Below are positions 29,060-39,801 of a DNA stretch of 64,000 nucleotides, piece by piece. The DNA is taken from the NCBI GenBank assembly GCA_027317865.1, contig DAHVQG010000007.1, forward strand, positions 86,408 through 150,407, written 5' to 3'. The notes beneath the pieces were generated by a model that saw nothing but the letters and a program-made list of their open reading frames with translations, was not told the origin of the DNA and made no database searches. Source of the stretch: Bdellovibrionales bacterium. GTDB taxonomy: Bacteria > Bdellovibrionota > Bdellovibrionia > Bdellovibrionales > UBA1609. Position 1 is the stretch's first letter. Every line of letters begins with the position of its first letter. The position numbers and the translations under genes were made by a program.

Positions 29060-29491
29060 ATGGCAGAAGCGAAAACGTCAGAAATATTTAGCTGCACGCC
29101 CGCGGAGTTTTACGGAATTGTCAGCGATTACGAAAAATATCCGGACTTTTTAAGCGAAGTCAAAAATTGCCAAATTTTGAAAACTGAGCCTGGTCGAAAA
29201 TTAGTTGAGTACACTGTTTCTATCATCAAAGATTTTAAATACCGGCTATGGATGACCGAAGAGCTCAATCAAAAAGTCGCATGGGTTTTCGAGTCAGGCG
29301 ATCTGTTCAAAGTTTCGACCGGGTACTGGCAGCTCCAAGAAGAAGGCGGTAAAACCCGCGCAACGTATTTTTTAGACGCAAAATTCAACCTGTTTGTACC
29401 TGGACCGATTGCAAAAGCTCTGGTCAACGTGAATTTGCCTAACATGATGAGCTCATACCATAAGCGAGTAAAAGAACTTTATGGCAAGTGA
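29060..29491 (+). CDS. SRPBCC (START/cyclase/COQ10-like) family protein
   Basis: 143 aa. YEKYPDFL and W.L......T...Y pattern. Confidence 0.65.
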   Translation: MAEAKTSEIFSCTPAEFYGIVSDYEKYPDFLSEVKNCQILKTEPGRKLVEYTVSIIKDFKYRLWMTEELNQKVAWVFESGDLFKVSTGYWQLQEEGGKTRATYFLDAKFNLFVPGPIAKALVNVNLPNMMSSYHKRVKELYGK

Positions 29492-29834
29492 CGACGGAAG
29501 AGACGAAGGTGGATCTCGCAGCAGTTTTGACCTTGTTAAAAAATTGATCAGTGCGGGTGTCGGTGCTGCGTTCATGACCGAAGAAAGTATCCGCGCGTAC
29601 CTGGGCGAATTGAAATTGCCCAAAGATGTACTCGGTACCCTTCTGCAGGGTGCGCAAAAATCAAAAGACGAGCTTATGGATCGAGTCGGTAATGAAATCA
29701 TTAAAATCGTGCAGAAAATTGATTTTGTGCACGAGGCCTCGCGTTTCGTCGAGGAACATAAATTTCGCATCACGGCTGAAGTCGATGTTGTGAAAAAAGA
29801 CCGCAAAAATTCTCAAGTTGAGACGCCGCTCTGA
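29481..29834 (+). CDS. Hypothetical helical protein
   Basis: ORF coupled to the upstream gene. No recognised motif. Confidence 0.4.
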   Translation: MASDDGRDEGGSRSSFDLVKKLISAGVGAAFMTEESIRAYLGELKLPKDVLGTLLQGAQKSKDELMDRVGNEIIKIVQKIDFVHEASRFVEEHKFRITAEVDVVKKDRKNSQVETPL

Positions 29835-30081
29835 CGATCAGTCTCTCGGTATGTTGGGCTCATGCGTAGTTTTCATTTTATCCATTTTGGCTTTTGCCGT
29901 TTCGTCGCGCGGGCTTTTTTCGGCTTTGCAAGAAAATGTTGCGTTAACCGCATTGACCACCGGTTATTCGCGGCAAGCCGTTCGGATTGGCAAAGCATAC
30001 AAGCTTTTCGCATGGGGTGCGCTGACGCTGTTTTTATTCGCGATGATGATAGGAAGTTTAATTGAGGTCATCCGACTGTAG
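29818..30081 (+). CDS. Small 2-TM membrane protein (hypothetical)
   Basis: Two hydrophobic helices. The start is uncertain. Confidence 0.35.
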   Translation: MRRRSDDQSLGMLGSCVVFILSILAFAVSSRGLFSALQENVALTALTTGYSRQAVRIGKAYKLFAWGALTLFLFAMMIGSLIEVIRL

Positions 30082-31090
30082 CGCCAAGCCTCAGAAACGC
30101 CTGACCGCGTTTGAGCATCGCATTCTGCGGACTTTGCGGAACTGTGGCGCGGTCCATCGGCGCATTCTTATTGCTGTTTCAGGCGGCGTCGATTCGATGG
30201 CGCTTTTGTCGGTACTTGTGCGCTTGCAACCACTTCTAAAAAACGAATTGGCCGTTATTCATGCGCACCACGGTTTGGGGCCTAATGTACCGCAAAAACA
30301 AAAAACATTTCGTAATCGAGCTCGTCAGCTCGTCTCGACGGCGGCCGACGCGTACGGAGTGAAATGTTTTACGGTCGTCTACAGGGGCCGCGTTGCATTG
30401 GCGTCAGAGGCGCAATTTCGCGCTTTTCGATGGCGGGCCATTTTTCGCACACAAAAAACCTGGCGGGCGCAAATCATTGCGACGGCTCATAATGCTGATG
30501 ATCTACTTGAAACGCGGCTATTGCGGCTTCTTCGCGGCACGGGTTTAAGGGGGCTTGCGGCGATGTTTGTCAAATCGAGCACTCAGGAGCGCAGGGTCAT
30601 TATCCGTCCATTTTTACAAGTGTCGCGTCAAGAAATTTTAAGTTACGCCAAAGAAATGCAGTTGAGTTGGCTCGAAGATCCGAGTAATGAGAATTTGGAA
30701 TATCGACGAAACTGGTTGCGGCACGTGTGGTTACCGCTCCTGCGAAAGGCGTGGCCATCTGCAGATCAAACTTTGGCGCGTTCTCTTGAAACGATCGTCA
30801 CCGAATGGTCACAGGTTGGTTCTAGACGTCGAAAACTTTCAAGAGATATAGTGCAAAATAAGGTAATGTCTCGACCAAAGTATCTCGCGCTCAGTCGTGA
30901 AGAGAAATCCGCTTGTCTTGCCGATTATCTGGTTGCAGTGGGTATACACGATTTTACGCAGGGGCAAATATATGAGATTTCTCGGTATCTTGACAGTTCC
31001 CGAAAGCGATTCAAATTTAAAGCGGTACGACGTGAATGGATGGTCACTCCGAGCGAAATTCGTGTTAAACTACAAACAAGAGGCTTTTAA
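30062..31090 (+). CDS. tilS: tRNA(Ile)-lysidine synthase
   Basis: PP-loop [24 protein letters not shown]. Conserved position immediately upstream of ftsH. Confidence 0.85.
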   Translation: MRSSDCSAKPQKRLTAFEHRILRTLRNCGAVHRRILIAVSGGVDSMALLSVLVRLQPLLKNELAVIHAHHGLGPNVPQKQKTFRNRARQLVSTAADAYGVKCFTVVYRGRVALASEAQFRAFRWRAIFRTQKTWRAQIIATAHNADDLLETRLLRLLRGTGLRGLAAMFVKSSTQERRVIIRPFLQVSRQEILSYAKEMQLSWLEDPSNENLEYRRNWLRHVWLPLLRKAWPSADQTLARSLETIVTEWSQVGSRRRKLSRDIVQNKVMSRPKYLALSREEKSACLADYLVAVGIHDFTQGQIYEISRYLDSSRKRFKFKAVRREWMVTPSEIRVKLQTRGF

Positions 31091-33060
31091 TGCGTAATTC
31101 ACAAAAAACCATGGCTCTTTGGGCGATCTTTTTGGTGCTTGGAGTGTTGTTTTTTCAGATGTACCAAGCCCAAAAGCACTTAACGATCCAAAATTTCAAT
31201 TATCCGAAATTCGTTGCGGCTTTAAAGGCCGGCGAAGTCAAAGATGTCACATTTCGAGACGGTGAAATTTTAGGCGACGTCAAAGCTCAATACAAAGATA
31301 AATTCGGTGGCGCTACCAAATTTCAGATTGTCGGCAATACAGGCAGTGACGGTTACAAACTCGTTGTGGCAAATGGCCTTGTGCCGAATTACGAGCGCAA
31401 CGACAACTCATTCATGACTTCGTTATTTCTGAATTGGCTCCCACTTATTTTGATTATCGTCATGTTTCTGTTTTTGTTTCGGCAGATTCAAGTTGGTGGC
31501 GGCAAAGCCATGAGTTTTGGCAAATCGCGAGCCCGGCTTCTGACTGAAAATAAGAATCGAGTCACGTTTCGAGATGTGGCTGGGGTTGAAGAGGCAAAAC
31601 AAGAATTGGTTGAAATTGTCCAGTTCTTGAAGGACCCCAAAAAGTTTACGCGCCTGGGTGGGCGTATTCCTAAAGGAGTTTTGTTGGTTGGCCCTCCTGG
31701 GACAGGCAAAACTTTACTGGCTCGAGCCGTAGCGGGTGAGGCCAACGTTCCATTTTTTACTATTTCGGGCTCTGACTTTGTCGAGATGTTTGTCGGCGTA
31801 GGCGCGAGCCGCGTCCGTGATCTTTTTGATCAAGGTAAGAAAAATGCGCCCTGCCTTATTTTCATCGATGAGATCGATGCGGTAGGTCGGCATCGTGGAG
31901 CCGGTATGGGCGGCGGACACGACGAACGCGAACAGACACTGAATCAGTTGCTTGTTGAGATGGACGGTTTTGAAAGCAATGATGGCGTAATTTTAATTGC
32001 GGCCACAAACCGGCCCGACGTGCTTGATCCGGCGCTGTTACGACCGGGCCGGTTCGACCGTCGAGTTGTTGTCAATCGTCCCGACCTGAACGGTCGCGAA
32101 CAAATTCTTCAAGTGCACACTAGAAAAACGCCGCTCGCTTCGAATGTCGACGTATCAAAAATTGCTCGCGGCACGCCCGGTTTTAGCGGAGCCGATATTG
32201 AAAACCTAGTTAATGAAGCGGCACTCATCGCAGCGCGATCAGATAAAAATCGTGTTGAAATGTCTGATTTTGAACACGCAAAAGATAAGATCTTGATGGG
32301 TAGCGAACGCAAATCTATGATCGTGAGCGATAGTGACCGGCGCATCACCGCCTATCACGAAGCCGGCCATACGCTTGTGGGCAAAATTTTACCGGGACTA
32401 GATCCGGTACATAAGGTTTCGATTATTCCACGGGGCATGGCGCTTGGAATTACCCAAACGCTCCCCAAAGAAGATTTGTTGCATCTCACTCGCAGCAAAG
32501 CTGAAAACACAATTGCAATGTTGTTTGGCGGTCGAGCGGCAGAAGAACTGATTTTTAAAGATTTCACGACGGGTGCCGGTAATGACATCGAACGCGCAAC
32601 ATCCATGGCTCGCAGTATGGTTTGCGAATGGGGAATGAGCGATAAAATCGGCCCACTAACACTTGAAAAACGCGAAGGCCCTGTTTTTCTGGGGATGCAG
32701 TCGACCCATCAGCGCGAGTATTCTGATCAGAAAGCTCAAGAAATCGACGCCGAAGTGAAACGAATTGTCGACGAAGCTCATCAAAAAGCGCTCCAAGTTT
32801 TGAAAGATAATATGCAAGCGCTTCACAATCTTGCAAAATCACTTCTTGAACACGAGACGATCGACGGCGAAGAAGTCGACATGATTATCTCAGGTGCATC
32901 GATTGAAGATATCGCCCGTCGGCGAGCTGAGACTAAATCAAAACTCGAAGAAGAGCAGCGAATTGCTAAAGAAGAAGAAGAAAAGAAAAAGAATTTGGCG
33001 GCTGCAACAGGTTCGGGGTCTCGTGATCCGTTGGGGAATCCAGGTCCGGTTACCGCGTAG
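31090..33060 (+). CDS. ftsH: ATP-dependent zinc metalloprotease FtsH
   Basis: [20 protein letters not shown]-type Walker B (LIFIDEIDA), [23 protein letters not shown], Zn site HEAGHTLV. Confidence 0.97.
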   Translation: MRNSQKTMALWAIFLVLGVLFFQMYQAQKHLTIQNFNYPKFVAALKAGEVKDVTFRDGEILGDVKAQYKDKFGGATKFQIVGNTGSDGYKLVVANGLVPNYERNDNSFMTSLFLNWLPLILIIVMFLFLFRQIQVGGGKAMSFGKSRARLLTENKNRVTFRDVAGVEEAKQELVEIVQFLKDPKKFTRLGGRIPKGVLLVGPPGTGKTLLARAVAGEANVPFFTISGSDFVEMFVGVGASRVRDLFDQGKKNAPCLIFIDEIDAVGRHRGAGMGGGHDEREQTLNQLLVEMDGFESNDGVILIAATNRPDVLDPALLRPGRFDRRVVVNRPDLNGREQILQVHTRKTPLASNVDVSKIARGTPGFSGADIENLVNEAALIAARSDKNRVEMSDFEHAKDKILMGSERKSMIVSDSDRRITAYHEAGHTLVGKILPGLDPVHKVSIIPRGMALGITQTLPKEDLLHLTRSKAENTIAMLFGGRAAEELIFKDFTTGAGNDIERATSMARSMVCEWGMSDKIGPLTLEKREGPVFLGMQSTHQREYSDQKAQEIDAEVKRIVDEAHQKALQVLKDNMQALHNLAKSLLEHETIDGEEVDMIISGASIEDIARRRAETKSKLEEEQRIAKEEEEKKKNLAAATGSGSRDPLGNPGPVTA

Positions 33061-33100
33061 TGGTGGCGCCGTACAAGATTGACACGGCAAGGGCGTTATT

Positions 33101-33910
33101 GTGGGCTTTTGGACGGACGTCGAAAAACTACAATTTTTGATTAAGCAAGTGGGTTGGCGCGACATCGTCGATTTACTATTGGTCTGGTTTGTCATTTATC
33201 GTGCACTTCTACTTACAAAAAGTTCGGGCGCCGTCCAAATCTTGTCGGGTATGGGTGTACTCGCAATTGCGTATTTTATCAGCCATTGGCAAGGCTTTAT
33301 TACCTTCAACTGGATTCTCGATCTTTTCTTTTCTAACCTGTTTTTGATTGTTGTAATTTTATTTCAGGGTGAAATTCGCCGGGCTTTGGCCCATATCGGG
33401 TCGAATCCGCTTCTTATCGGCTCGGCAACAATGGAAACTCGCCAGAACCTCGACGAAGTGGCCAAGGGCGCAATGGAATTGGCTAAAAAAGGGATCGGAG
33501 CACTCATTGTGGTCGAACGCGACATTGTTCTAGACTATTTTATCGAGCCCGGAACTGAACTTGACGCAGTTATTTCGTCGGATCTGATCAGCTCGATCTT
33601 TGCGCCGACAAGCCCTCTCCACGATGGCGCGATGATTGTTCGTAACGGAAGAATTTTTTCTGTCGGCAATTTTTTGCCGCTTTCAAAAAGCGCGGTCTTA
33701 GATAAACACAAGGGGACGCGGCACCGGGCCGCTTTGGGATTGGCCGAACAGACTGATGCTCTCATCATGGTTGTTAGTGAAGAAGCTCGCAGTGTCAGTT
33801 TGTTTTACGGCGAGGTTATAAAGACTGATCTTGATATGCCAACACTGTTGAATTCGCTTTACCAAGAAATGGGTCTAAGGTTGCGGCCCGAGAAAGTTGC
33901 AACTGCATGA
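33101..33910 (+). CDS. cdaA: Diadenylate cyclase CdaA (membrane-anchored DisA_N domain)
   Basis: 3 N-terminal TM helices. GALIVVER, SPLHDGAMIV, GTRHRAALGLAEQTDALIMVVSEE. Confidence 0.9.
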   Translation: MGFWTDVEKLQFLIKQVGWRDIVDLLLVWFVIYRALLLTKSSGAVQILSGMGVLAIAYFISHWQGFITFNWILDLFFSNLFLIVVILFQGEIRRALAHIGSNPLLIGSATMETRQNLDEVAKGAMELAKKGIGALIVVERDIVLDYFIEPGTELDAVISSDLISSIFAPTSPLHDGAMIVRNGRIFSVGNFLPLSKSAVLDKHKGTRHRAALGLAEQTDALIMVVSEEARSVSLFYGEVIKTDLDMPTLLNSLYQEMGLRLRPEKVATA

Positions 33911-34344
33911 GTTCTAGACGTTGGCGGATTTGGTTTCTGGATCTTTTTCGTGAAAACTGGCTTTATAAAATCGTGGCGCTCATCGTTGCGGCGGCGGTTT
34001 GGGCGACAACAATTTACGGGCAAAAAGACACAATTATGATAAAGACATTGAACGTCGAGTACATTTTGCGCCCTCAATACATCATCGCAAATAATTATTT
34101 GCGAACGGCCCAGGTGAAGGTAGCCGGTCCACACGAAGCGTTGAGAACTTTTGCCATGTCGGCATCACCGCTCGTGATCAATTTGGCGAGTCAAAAAGTC
34201 GGTGAAGATGTTATTCCGCTCTTAGCTTCAAATGTAGAAGTCCCTTTGGGGGTAAAAGTGTTGTCGATTCGGCCTAATTTTATAAAAATCAGAATTCGAA
34301 AAGCGCATGTACGTTCGCATTCGACCAAAGGAGCGGTCAGATGA
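33907..34344 (+). CDS. Short YbbR/CdaR-like regulator (one TM plus a single YbbR-like domain)
   Basis: N-terminal NWLYKIVALIVAAAVWA anchor. Positioned between cdaA and glmM, as in the canonical operon. Confidence 0.55.
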   Translation: MSSRRWRIWFLDLFRENWLYKIVALIVAAAVWATTIYGQKDTIMIKTLNVEYILRPQYIIANNYLRTAQVKVAGPHEALRTFAMSASPLVINLASQKVGEDVIPLLASNVEVPLGVKVLSIRPNFIKIRIRKAHVRSHSTKGAVR

Positions 34345-35726
34345 GCCAAAATAAAAGAAAATTATTCGGCACAGATGGGATACGGGGCACGGCAAATCGC
34401 GACCCGATGACGCCTGATATCGCTCTCAAAGTCGGCCAAGCTTTGGGTTATGTTTTGAAAAGTTCGCCAAGCGCGCCCATCCGAAAGGGACTGCCTCGAA
34501 CGGTTCTTATTGGTAAAGACACACGGCTTTCGGGTTACATGATCGAGCAAGCGATGGCGTCGGGTCTAAATTCAATGGGTGTGCGGGTATTGCTAACCGG
34601 GCCGCTACCGACTCCAGGCATCGGTTTTGTCGCACAAAACATGCGCGCTGATGCCGGGGTGGTAATTTCAGCGTCGCACAACGCGTACCACGATAACGGC
34701 ATCAAAATATTTGGTTCCGACGGTTTTAAAATCGACGCGTTGATGGAAGAAGAGATTGAACGCCTTGTGTTCGAAGAAGATATATCCGCGCTTCTTGAAG
34801 ATCCGGATCGCATCGGCCGCACCCGGCGAATAGACGACGCCGACGGCCGTTATATTGTTTACGCGAAAAATACTTTTCCGCTCAATTTGAGTCTCGAAGG
34901 GATGCGCATTGTTCTCGATTGCGCGAACGGCGCGGCATACAAAGTTGCTCCCGCAATTCTTGAGGAGTTAGGCGCAGAAGTCATGGTCATCGGCAACGAG
35001 CCGAATGGCCGCAATATCAACGACAAAGTGGGTGCGCTTTACCCGCATCGAATAAGTGAAGAGGTCGTACGATTTCGCGCGGATGTCGGTGTTTCGCTTG
35101 ACGGCGATGCGGATCGGGTGATGATGGCCGATGAGCGTGGTCACATCGTAAACGGCGATCATATTTTGGCTATTTCGGCACTTCATAAAAAGGACAAAAA
35201 ACAACTTGTACACGATACGGTTGTGGCGACCGAAATGAGCAACATCGGTCTCGAACAATGCCTCAACCGGAGCGGCGTTCAACTAGTTCGTACTGATGTC
35301 GGCGACAAGTACGTTGTCGAAGAAATGCGCAAAAACGGCTATAACTTAGGCGGTGAACAGTCGGGCCACATCATTTGCCTAGACCACAGTACCACGGGAG
35401 ATGGGATCGTCGCGGCACTGGATGTGTTATCAGTCATGCGGTCAACCGGGCGCAAATTGAGTGACCTCAGCAACGTAATGATGGATGTGCCGCAAGTTTT
35501 GGTTAACGCGCGCGTGAAATCGCGTGCCGAGTTGAAGGAGATCCCAGGGTATGAAGAATTGATTGCCAAGGTACGCGACCGATTAAAAGGGCGCGGGCGC
35601 GTGTTTGTGAGATTTTCAGGTACAGAACCCGTTGCGCGTGTACTTGTTGAGGGGCCGGATAAACGATTGATTTCAACTTTTGCCGAAGAAATTGCGAATC
35701 TAATTCAGTCGCACTTGGGCCGGTAG
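34341..35726 (+). CDS. glmM: Phosphoglucosamine mutase
   Basis: FGTDGIRG, active-site SASHNAYHDNGIK, DGDADR, GGEQSGH. Confidence 0.95.
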   Translation: MSQNKRKLFGTDGIRGTANRDPMTPDIALKVGQALGYVLKSSPSAPIRKGLPRTVLIGKDTRLSGYMIEQAMASGLNSMGVRVLLTGPLPTPGIGFVAQNMRADAGVVISASHNAYHDNGIKIFGSDGFKIDALMEEEIERLVFEEDISALLEDPDRIGRTRRIDDADGRYIVYAKNTFPLNLSLEGMRIVLDCANGAAYKVAPAILEELGAEVMVIGNEPNGRNINDKVGALYPHRISEEVVRFRADVGVSLDGDADRVMMADERGHIVNGDHILAISALHKKDKKQLVHDTVVATEMSNIGLEQCLNRSGVQLVRTDVGDKYVVEEMRKNGYNLGGEQSGHIICLDHSTTGDGIVAALDVLSVMRSTGRKLSDLSNVMMDVPQVLVNARVKSRAELKEIPGYEELIAKVRDRLKGRGRVFVRFSGTEPVARVLVEGPDKRLISTFAEEIANLIQSHLGR

Positions 35727-35732
35727 CACTCT

Positions 35733-37256
35733 ATGCGCCTGGCAACTGTGGAGCAATGTCGGACTCTCGATAATTTATCTGTTCGCACCTACGGACTTGC
35801 TCAAGATACTTTAATGGAAGCTGCCGGCATCGTGGCGGCCCGTGAGTTACAACAAAATTTTTATCCGGAATTGAGCCGCGGGATGACCGTCATTGTTTGT
35901 GGTCCCGGAAATAACGGGGCCGATGGTCTCGTGGTTGCACGACATTTACATTCCACGGGGTTTCGCGATTTATTGGTGGTAACCGTTGCGCCAAAAGATA
36001 AACGCTCGACTTTGTTTCGTTTACAATACGAACGCGCGCGTAAGCACGGCATTCACTTCGATTCGTCGCTTGAAGCACTTTCGAATGCCGAGTTAATCGT
36101 CGACGGACTATTTGGAATCGGATTAAATAAAAAACCAGCCGGAGCCTTTCAAAAAGCCATTGAGAAAATCAACGCGTGCAAAGTGCCGGTTGTGAGCCTG
36201 GATACTCCGTCGGGACTTCAATGTGACAGCGGTATAACTGCTGGAGTGGCCATTCAAGCGCACACAACGTTAACGTTTGGACTCGCCAAGCCCGGATTTT
36301 TTATCGCCGACGGCCCTGCGTGTGTCGGCAAATTGCGGGTTTTACCGATCGGCTATGCCTATGAGTGTGTGCGAAAGACCGCGACGACGCATTTTTTGTT
36401 CAACGAAAAACTCGCGCGCAGATATTTGCCGGAACGTAAAGACCGAACGAACAAAGGGGATTATGGCCGGCTCGTCGTGATGGCCGGCAGTCGATCCACG
36501 TGGGGCGCCGGAATATTGACCGCACAATCGGCCTATCGCATGGGTGCTGGTTACGTTATTTGGGCCGGTCATGATTTACCGATTCAAGAACTGGAACAAA
36601 CACCAGAAGTTTTAACTGCGAACCTCGATGATGAGCGTATTTGGGCTGAAAATGTGACGGCTTATGCGGTTGGGCCGGGACTTGGCGTAACCGATGAAAC
36701 ACTCAAAATTATTTATAAGCTTCGCAAGGCAAAGGCGAGGCACGTTGTGCTTGATGCCGATGCGATCACGGTTTGCGCGCGAGCCGCAGAAAACGAACGG
36801 CGTTCTTCGAATGAGCGAATTTTTCCGTTGCCTGAATCGTGGGTGATCACACCCCATCCGGGAGAATTGGCTAGAATTTTGAAGATTTCTTCGAACGAAA
36901 TTGAAAACGACCGGTATGCGGCCGCCGCAAAGGCCGCGAGAGTTACGGGATGCCATGTGCTCCTAAAGGGCTACCGTTCGATTTTGGCCTATAAGGATCG
37001 CTGTTTAGTCATTGGAGCTGGTAACGCAGCCTTGGCGAAAGCAGGTTCAGGCGATGTGCTGACCGGCATGATCGGTGGACTATTAGCGCAGGGGCTTGAA
37101 ACCGTTCAAGCAACGGCTACTGCAGCTTATATTCATGGTCGGCTGGCTGATGAATGGGTGCGGGCCGGCCGTGACAAACGCACGCTCAATGCAAGCGATC
37201 TGAAAGACTCATTAGGCCAGCTCGTTGCGCAAGTGGCTCGCTCCTCGATTTTTTGA
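35733..37256 (+). CDS. nnr: Bifunctional NAD(P)H-hydrate epimerase/dehydratase (YjeF)
   Basis: CGPGNNGADG (YjeF_N). C-terminal carbohydrate-kinase motifs GSGDVLTGMIGGLLAQG. Confidence 0.9.
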   Translation: MRLATVEQCRTLDNLSVRTYGLAQDTLMEAAGIVAARELQQNFYPELSRGMTVIVCGPGNNGADGLVVARHLHSTGFRDLLVVTVAPKDKRSTLFRLQYERARKHGIHFDSSLEALSNAELIVDGLFGIGLNKKPAGAFQKAIEKINACKVPVVSLDTPSGLQCDSGITAGVAIQAHTTLTFGLAKPGFFIADGPACVGKLRVLPIGYAYECVRKTATTHFLFNEKLARRYLPERKDRTNKGDYGRLVVMAGSRSTWGAGILTAQSAYRMGAGYVIWAGHDLPIQELEQTPEVLTANLDDERIWAENVTAYAVGPGLGVTDETLKIIYKLRKAKARHVVLDADAITVCARAAENERRSSNERIFPLPESWVITPHPGELARILKISSNEIENDRYAAAAKAARVTGCHVLLKGYRSILAYKDRCLVIGAGNAALAKAGSGDVLTGMIGGLLAQGLETVQATATAAYIHGRLADEWVRAGRDKRTLNASDLKDSLGQLVAQVARSSIF

Positions 37257-37351
37257 TGAATTTTTTCAAATCGTCGTAATCGAGTTGATTTCTCCATCTC
37301 GCCGGTGATACGCCTCGTCATCGGGGATGATTCATAAGAAATCTAATCCAT

Positions 37352-38134
37352 ATGGTTAAACAAAAGCTCATTGTGTTGTCGGTATTATTCGCACCGCTTG
37401 TGGCCCACGCCGGAGCTTTTCAATCTTTTTATCAAACACAACGAGTGCAAAGGTTGGCTGAATTGCGGGCAAGGCCGGCGTATGCCCGGGCTCGGGCTCT
37501 CTGCTCGGAGATCCCCGGTGGGCCAGAAAACTGGGTATACATTAAGGCTTCAATGGAACAGGTCAGCGCTTTAATGGGTCTACATGCAGAGGCGCAGTGG
37601 CAAAAACTCATGCACAGGCGTTACTACGTGTCGCCGTTACTCGCTTCGGATTTGCAAAGTGATGCGTTTCGTTTGGGCCTAGAAGATTGCGGTCTTGGAG
37701 TCCACGGGCAAGACCGGGTTGTCATCAGTGTTATTGCCGACGACTTGCTCGGCAAGATGTTATTCATGGTTCCGTTTGCGAAGATGTCCGAGTACGGCGG
37801 AATCGGTTTGAAAATGTTTGCGGATTGGTTGGTACGAATGGGAACACCGGCAAAAATCTTGACGCTCTTTTTTGCACCGGCAATAACGGGCATGGCGTAT
37901 CAACATTTTTTCGGCGATCACGCAGTTACCAAAAACGGTGTGACGGCCAATAACCTCAATCGAGCCTTGCAAATGGGTCGGCTGAGCCGAGATAAGTATC
38001 AAGCTCTAAACGAGTTGCTCATTTATTGCGAAGACGAACGAGCGCGGACAACCGATCGAAAAAAGATCGCTCAATTCAATCAATGCATTGCGTGGATTCA
38101 GCGCAATCTCAATTCACCAAAAGGAGTAAACTGA
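37352..38134 (+). CDS. Hypothetical secreted protein
   Basis: Signal peptide LIVLSVLFAPLVAHA. No recognised motif. Confidence 0.45.
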   Translation: MVKQKLIVLSVLFAPLVAHAGAFQSFYQTQRVQRLAELRARPAYARARALCSEIPGGPENWVYIKASMEQVSALMGLHAEAQWQKLMHRRYYVSPLLASDLQSDAFRLGLEDCGLGVHGQDRVVISVIADDLLGKMLFMVPFAKMSEYGGIGLKMFADWLVRMGTPAKILTLFFAPAITGMAYQHFFGDHAVTKNGVTANNLNRALQMGRLSRDKYQALNELLIYCEDERARTTDRKKIAQFNQCIAWIQRNLNSPKGVN

Positions 38135-38137
38135 TAA

Positions 38138-38704
38138 ATGAAAAATTTTATTGTGTGCATTTTGGCGCTAATTTTGGGAGGTATTTCATTTTCTCAAGGA
38201 GCAATGGCAGACAGTTTGGCGACGGTGCCTTTTCGCGCTCCTGTACAAGTGTTGTGTTCGCCGACACAGCCGCCTAAGAATCAGGTCGAGTGTCTCATGA
38301 CCAAGTGGCAGGCGCAGATTTCGGCGGATCAGGAAGTCATCAGCGAGATCAATTCACAAATTACGGCTGGGCAGTCTAATCTTCAGAATGAACGGAATTT
38401 GTCGAAAAAACTGCTGCCGGCAGGTATTGGTGCAACAATAATCGGCGCCGGTCTTATCGTGCTTGCAGTGCGAAATGCGCCGGAGACTCTCGTTGCCCGG
38501 ATTTTTGAGGGCCTAGGTGGCTCTCTAGCCCTGGCGACTGGTGGCGCCGCTTTAGCAGGTGATGCTGGCGAACACTTTTTTGTGATTCCGAAAACGAAGA
38601 AGAACATCGCGATTCTTCAGCGAGAGGTGAGCCTAAGGCGGCAAGAACTGTTGGTTCTTCAAGCACAATTGAATTACGCGAAGTCCATGCTGAAGAGGTT
38701 TTGA
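38138..38704 (+). CDS. Hypothetical secreted/membrane coiled-coil protein
   Basis: Signal peptide, central Gly-rich TM segments and a coiled-coil tail. Starts 3 nt after the upstream gene. Confidence 0.45.
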   Translation: MKNFIVCILALILGGISFSQGAMADSLATVPFRAPVQVLCSPTQPPKNQVECLMTKWQAQISADQEVISEINSQITAGQSNLQNERNLSKKLLPAGIGATIIGAGLIVLAVRNAPETLVARIFEGLGGSLALATGGAALAGDAGEHFFVIPKTKKNIAILQREVSLRRQELLVLQAQLNYAKSMLKRF

Positions 38705-38789
38705 GGGCCAATTAAGGCTTGTGGCTGGGCTTATACACGAGTAGGATTTTTTGAAATTTCAAAAGGCGACACTGTAAAAGGAGCCACAT

Positions 38790-39755
38790 ATGGGACCCAT
38801 TAGCGAATTCATTGAGCGACACTATCGTCACTTTAATTCTGCTACTCTAAAAGACGCAGCAGAAGCCTACCGGCGCCATGTTGAATCGGGTGGCAAAATG
38901 ATGGTCACCATGGGCGGCGCCATGAGCACGGCCGAACTCGGACAATCGTTAGCCGAGATGATCCGCCAAGACAAAGTTCACGCCATTACGTGTACGGGAG
39001 CCAATCTCGAAGAAGACGTATTTAATTTAGTCGCGCATGAATACTACGTAAGAGTGCCAAATTATCGCGACCTTACGCCTGCGGATGAAAAGAAACTCCT
39101 CGATCGACATCTCAATCGCGTGACCGATACCTGCATCCCCGAAGAAGAAGCCATTCGCCGAATTGAAAAAGTCGTACTTGCCAAGTGGCAAAAGGCGACA
39201 AATGAGAACAAAGAATATTTTCCGCACCAGTATCTTTATCAGATTTTGAACGAAGGACTGTTGAAAGAGCACTATCAAATTGATTCTAAAAATTCGTGGC
39301 TTTTGGCAGCCGCTGAAAAAAATCTCCCAATATTTGTGCCGGGCTGGGAAGACTCAACTCTCGGTAACATCTTTGCCGGTCACGTAATCAGAGGTGAGGT
39401 CAACCGTCACGCGGTGAAAACCGGGATTGATTACATGGTCGCGCTGGCCGATTGGTACCAAAATACAAAAACGCCAAAAGGCATTGGGTTTTTTCAAATT
39501 GCCGGCGGAATATCCGGAGACTTTCCGATCTGCGTTGTCCCTATGCTTGAGCAAGATTTGGGCAAGAAAACTCCGAAGTGGGCTTATTTTTGTCAAATAA
39601 GCGATTCGACAACAAGTTACGGCTCTTATTCGGGGGCGGTTCCAAACGAAAAAATCACTTGGGGTAAGCTCGACATCACAACGCCAAAATTCATTGTTGA
39701 GTCGGATGCGACCATCGTTGCGCCACTTATGTTCGCCTATATCTTGGGATGGTAA
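38790..39755 (+). CDS. Deoxyhypusine synthase-like (homospermidine-synthase-like) protein
   Basis: GGAMSTAELG, ITCTGANLEED, WGKL near the C-terminus. Length ~320 aa is typical of bacterial DHS-like proteins. Confidence 0.75.
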   Translation: MGPISEFIERHYRHFNSATLKDAAEAYRRHVESGGKMMVTMGGAMSTAELGQSLAEMIRQDKVHAITCTGANLEEDVFNLVAHEYYVRVPNYRDLTPADEKKLLDRHLNRVTDTCIPEEEAIRRIEKVVLAKWQKATNENKEYFPHQYLYQILNEGLLKEHYQIDSKNSWLLAAAEKNLPIFVPGWEDSTLGNIFAGHVIRGEVNRHAVKTGIDYMVALADWYQNTKTPKGIGFFQIAGGISGDFPICVVPMLEQDLGKKTPKWAYFCQISDSTTSYGSYSGAVPNEKITWGKLDITTPKFIVESDATIVAPLMFAYILGW

Positions 39756-39801
39756 TGCAAATCAGTTTCGTAAGACGTCTCGTACATGTTATTGGTGCTG
39801 A

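Noticed and set aside
32930-33010. Purine-rich low-complexity run (gaagaagaagaaaagaaaaag), considered as a repeat element
   Set aside because: It encodes the Glu/Lys-rich C-terminal tail of FtsH ([16 protein letters not shown]). It is coding low complexity, not a repeat array.
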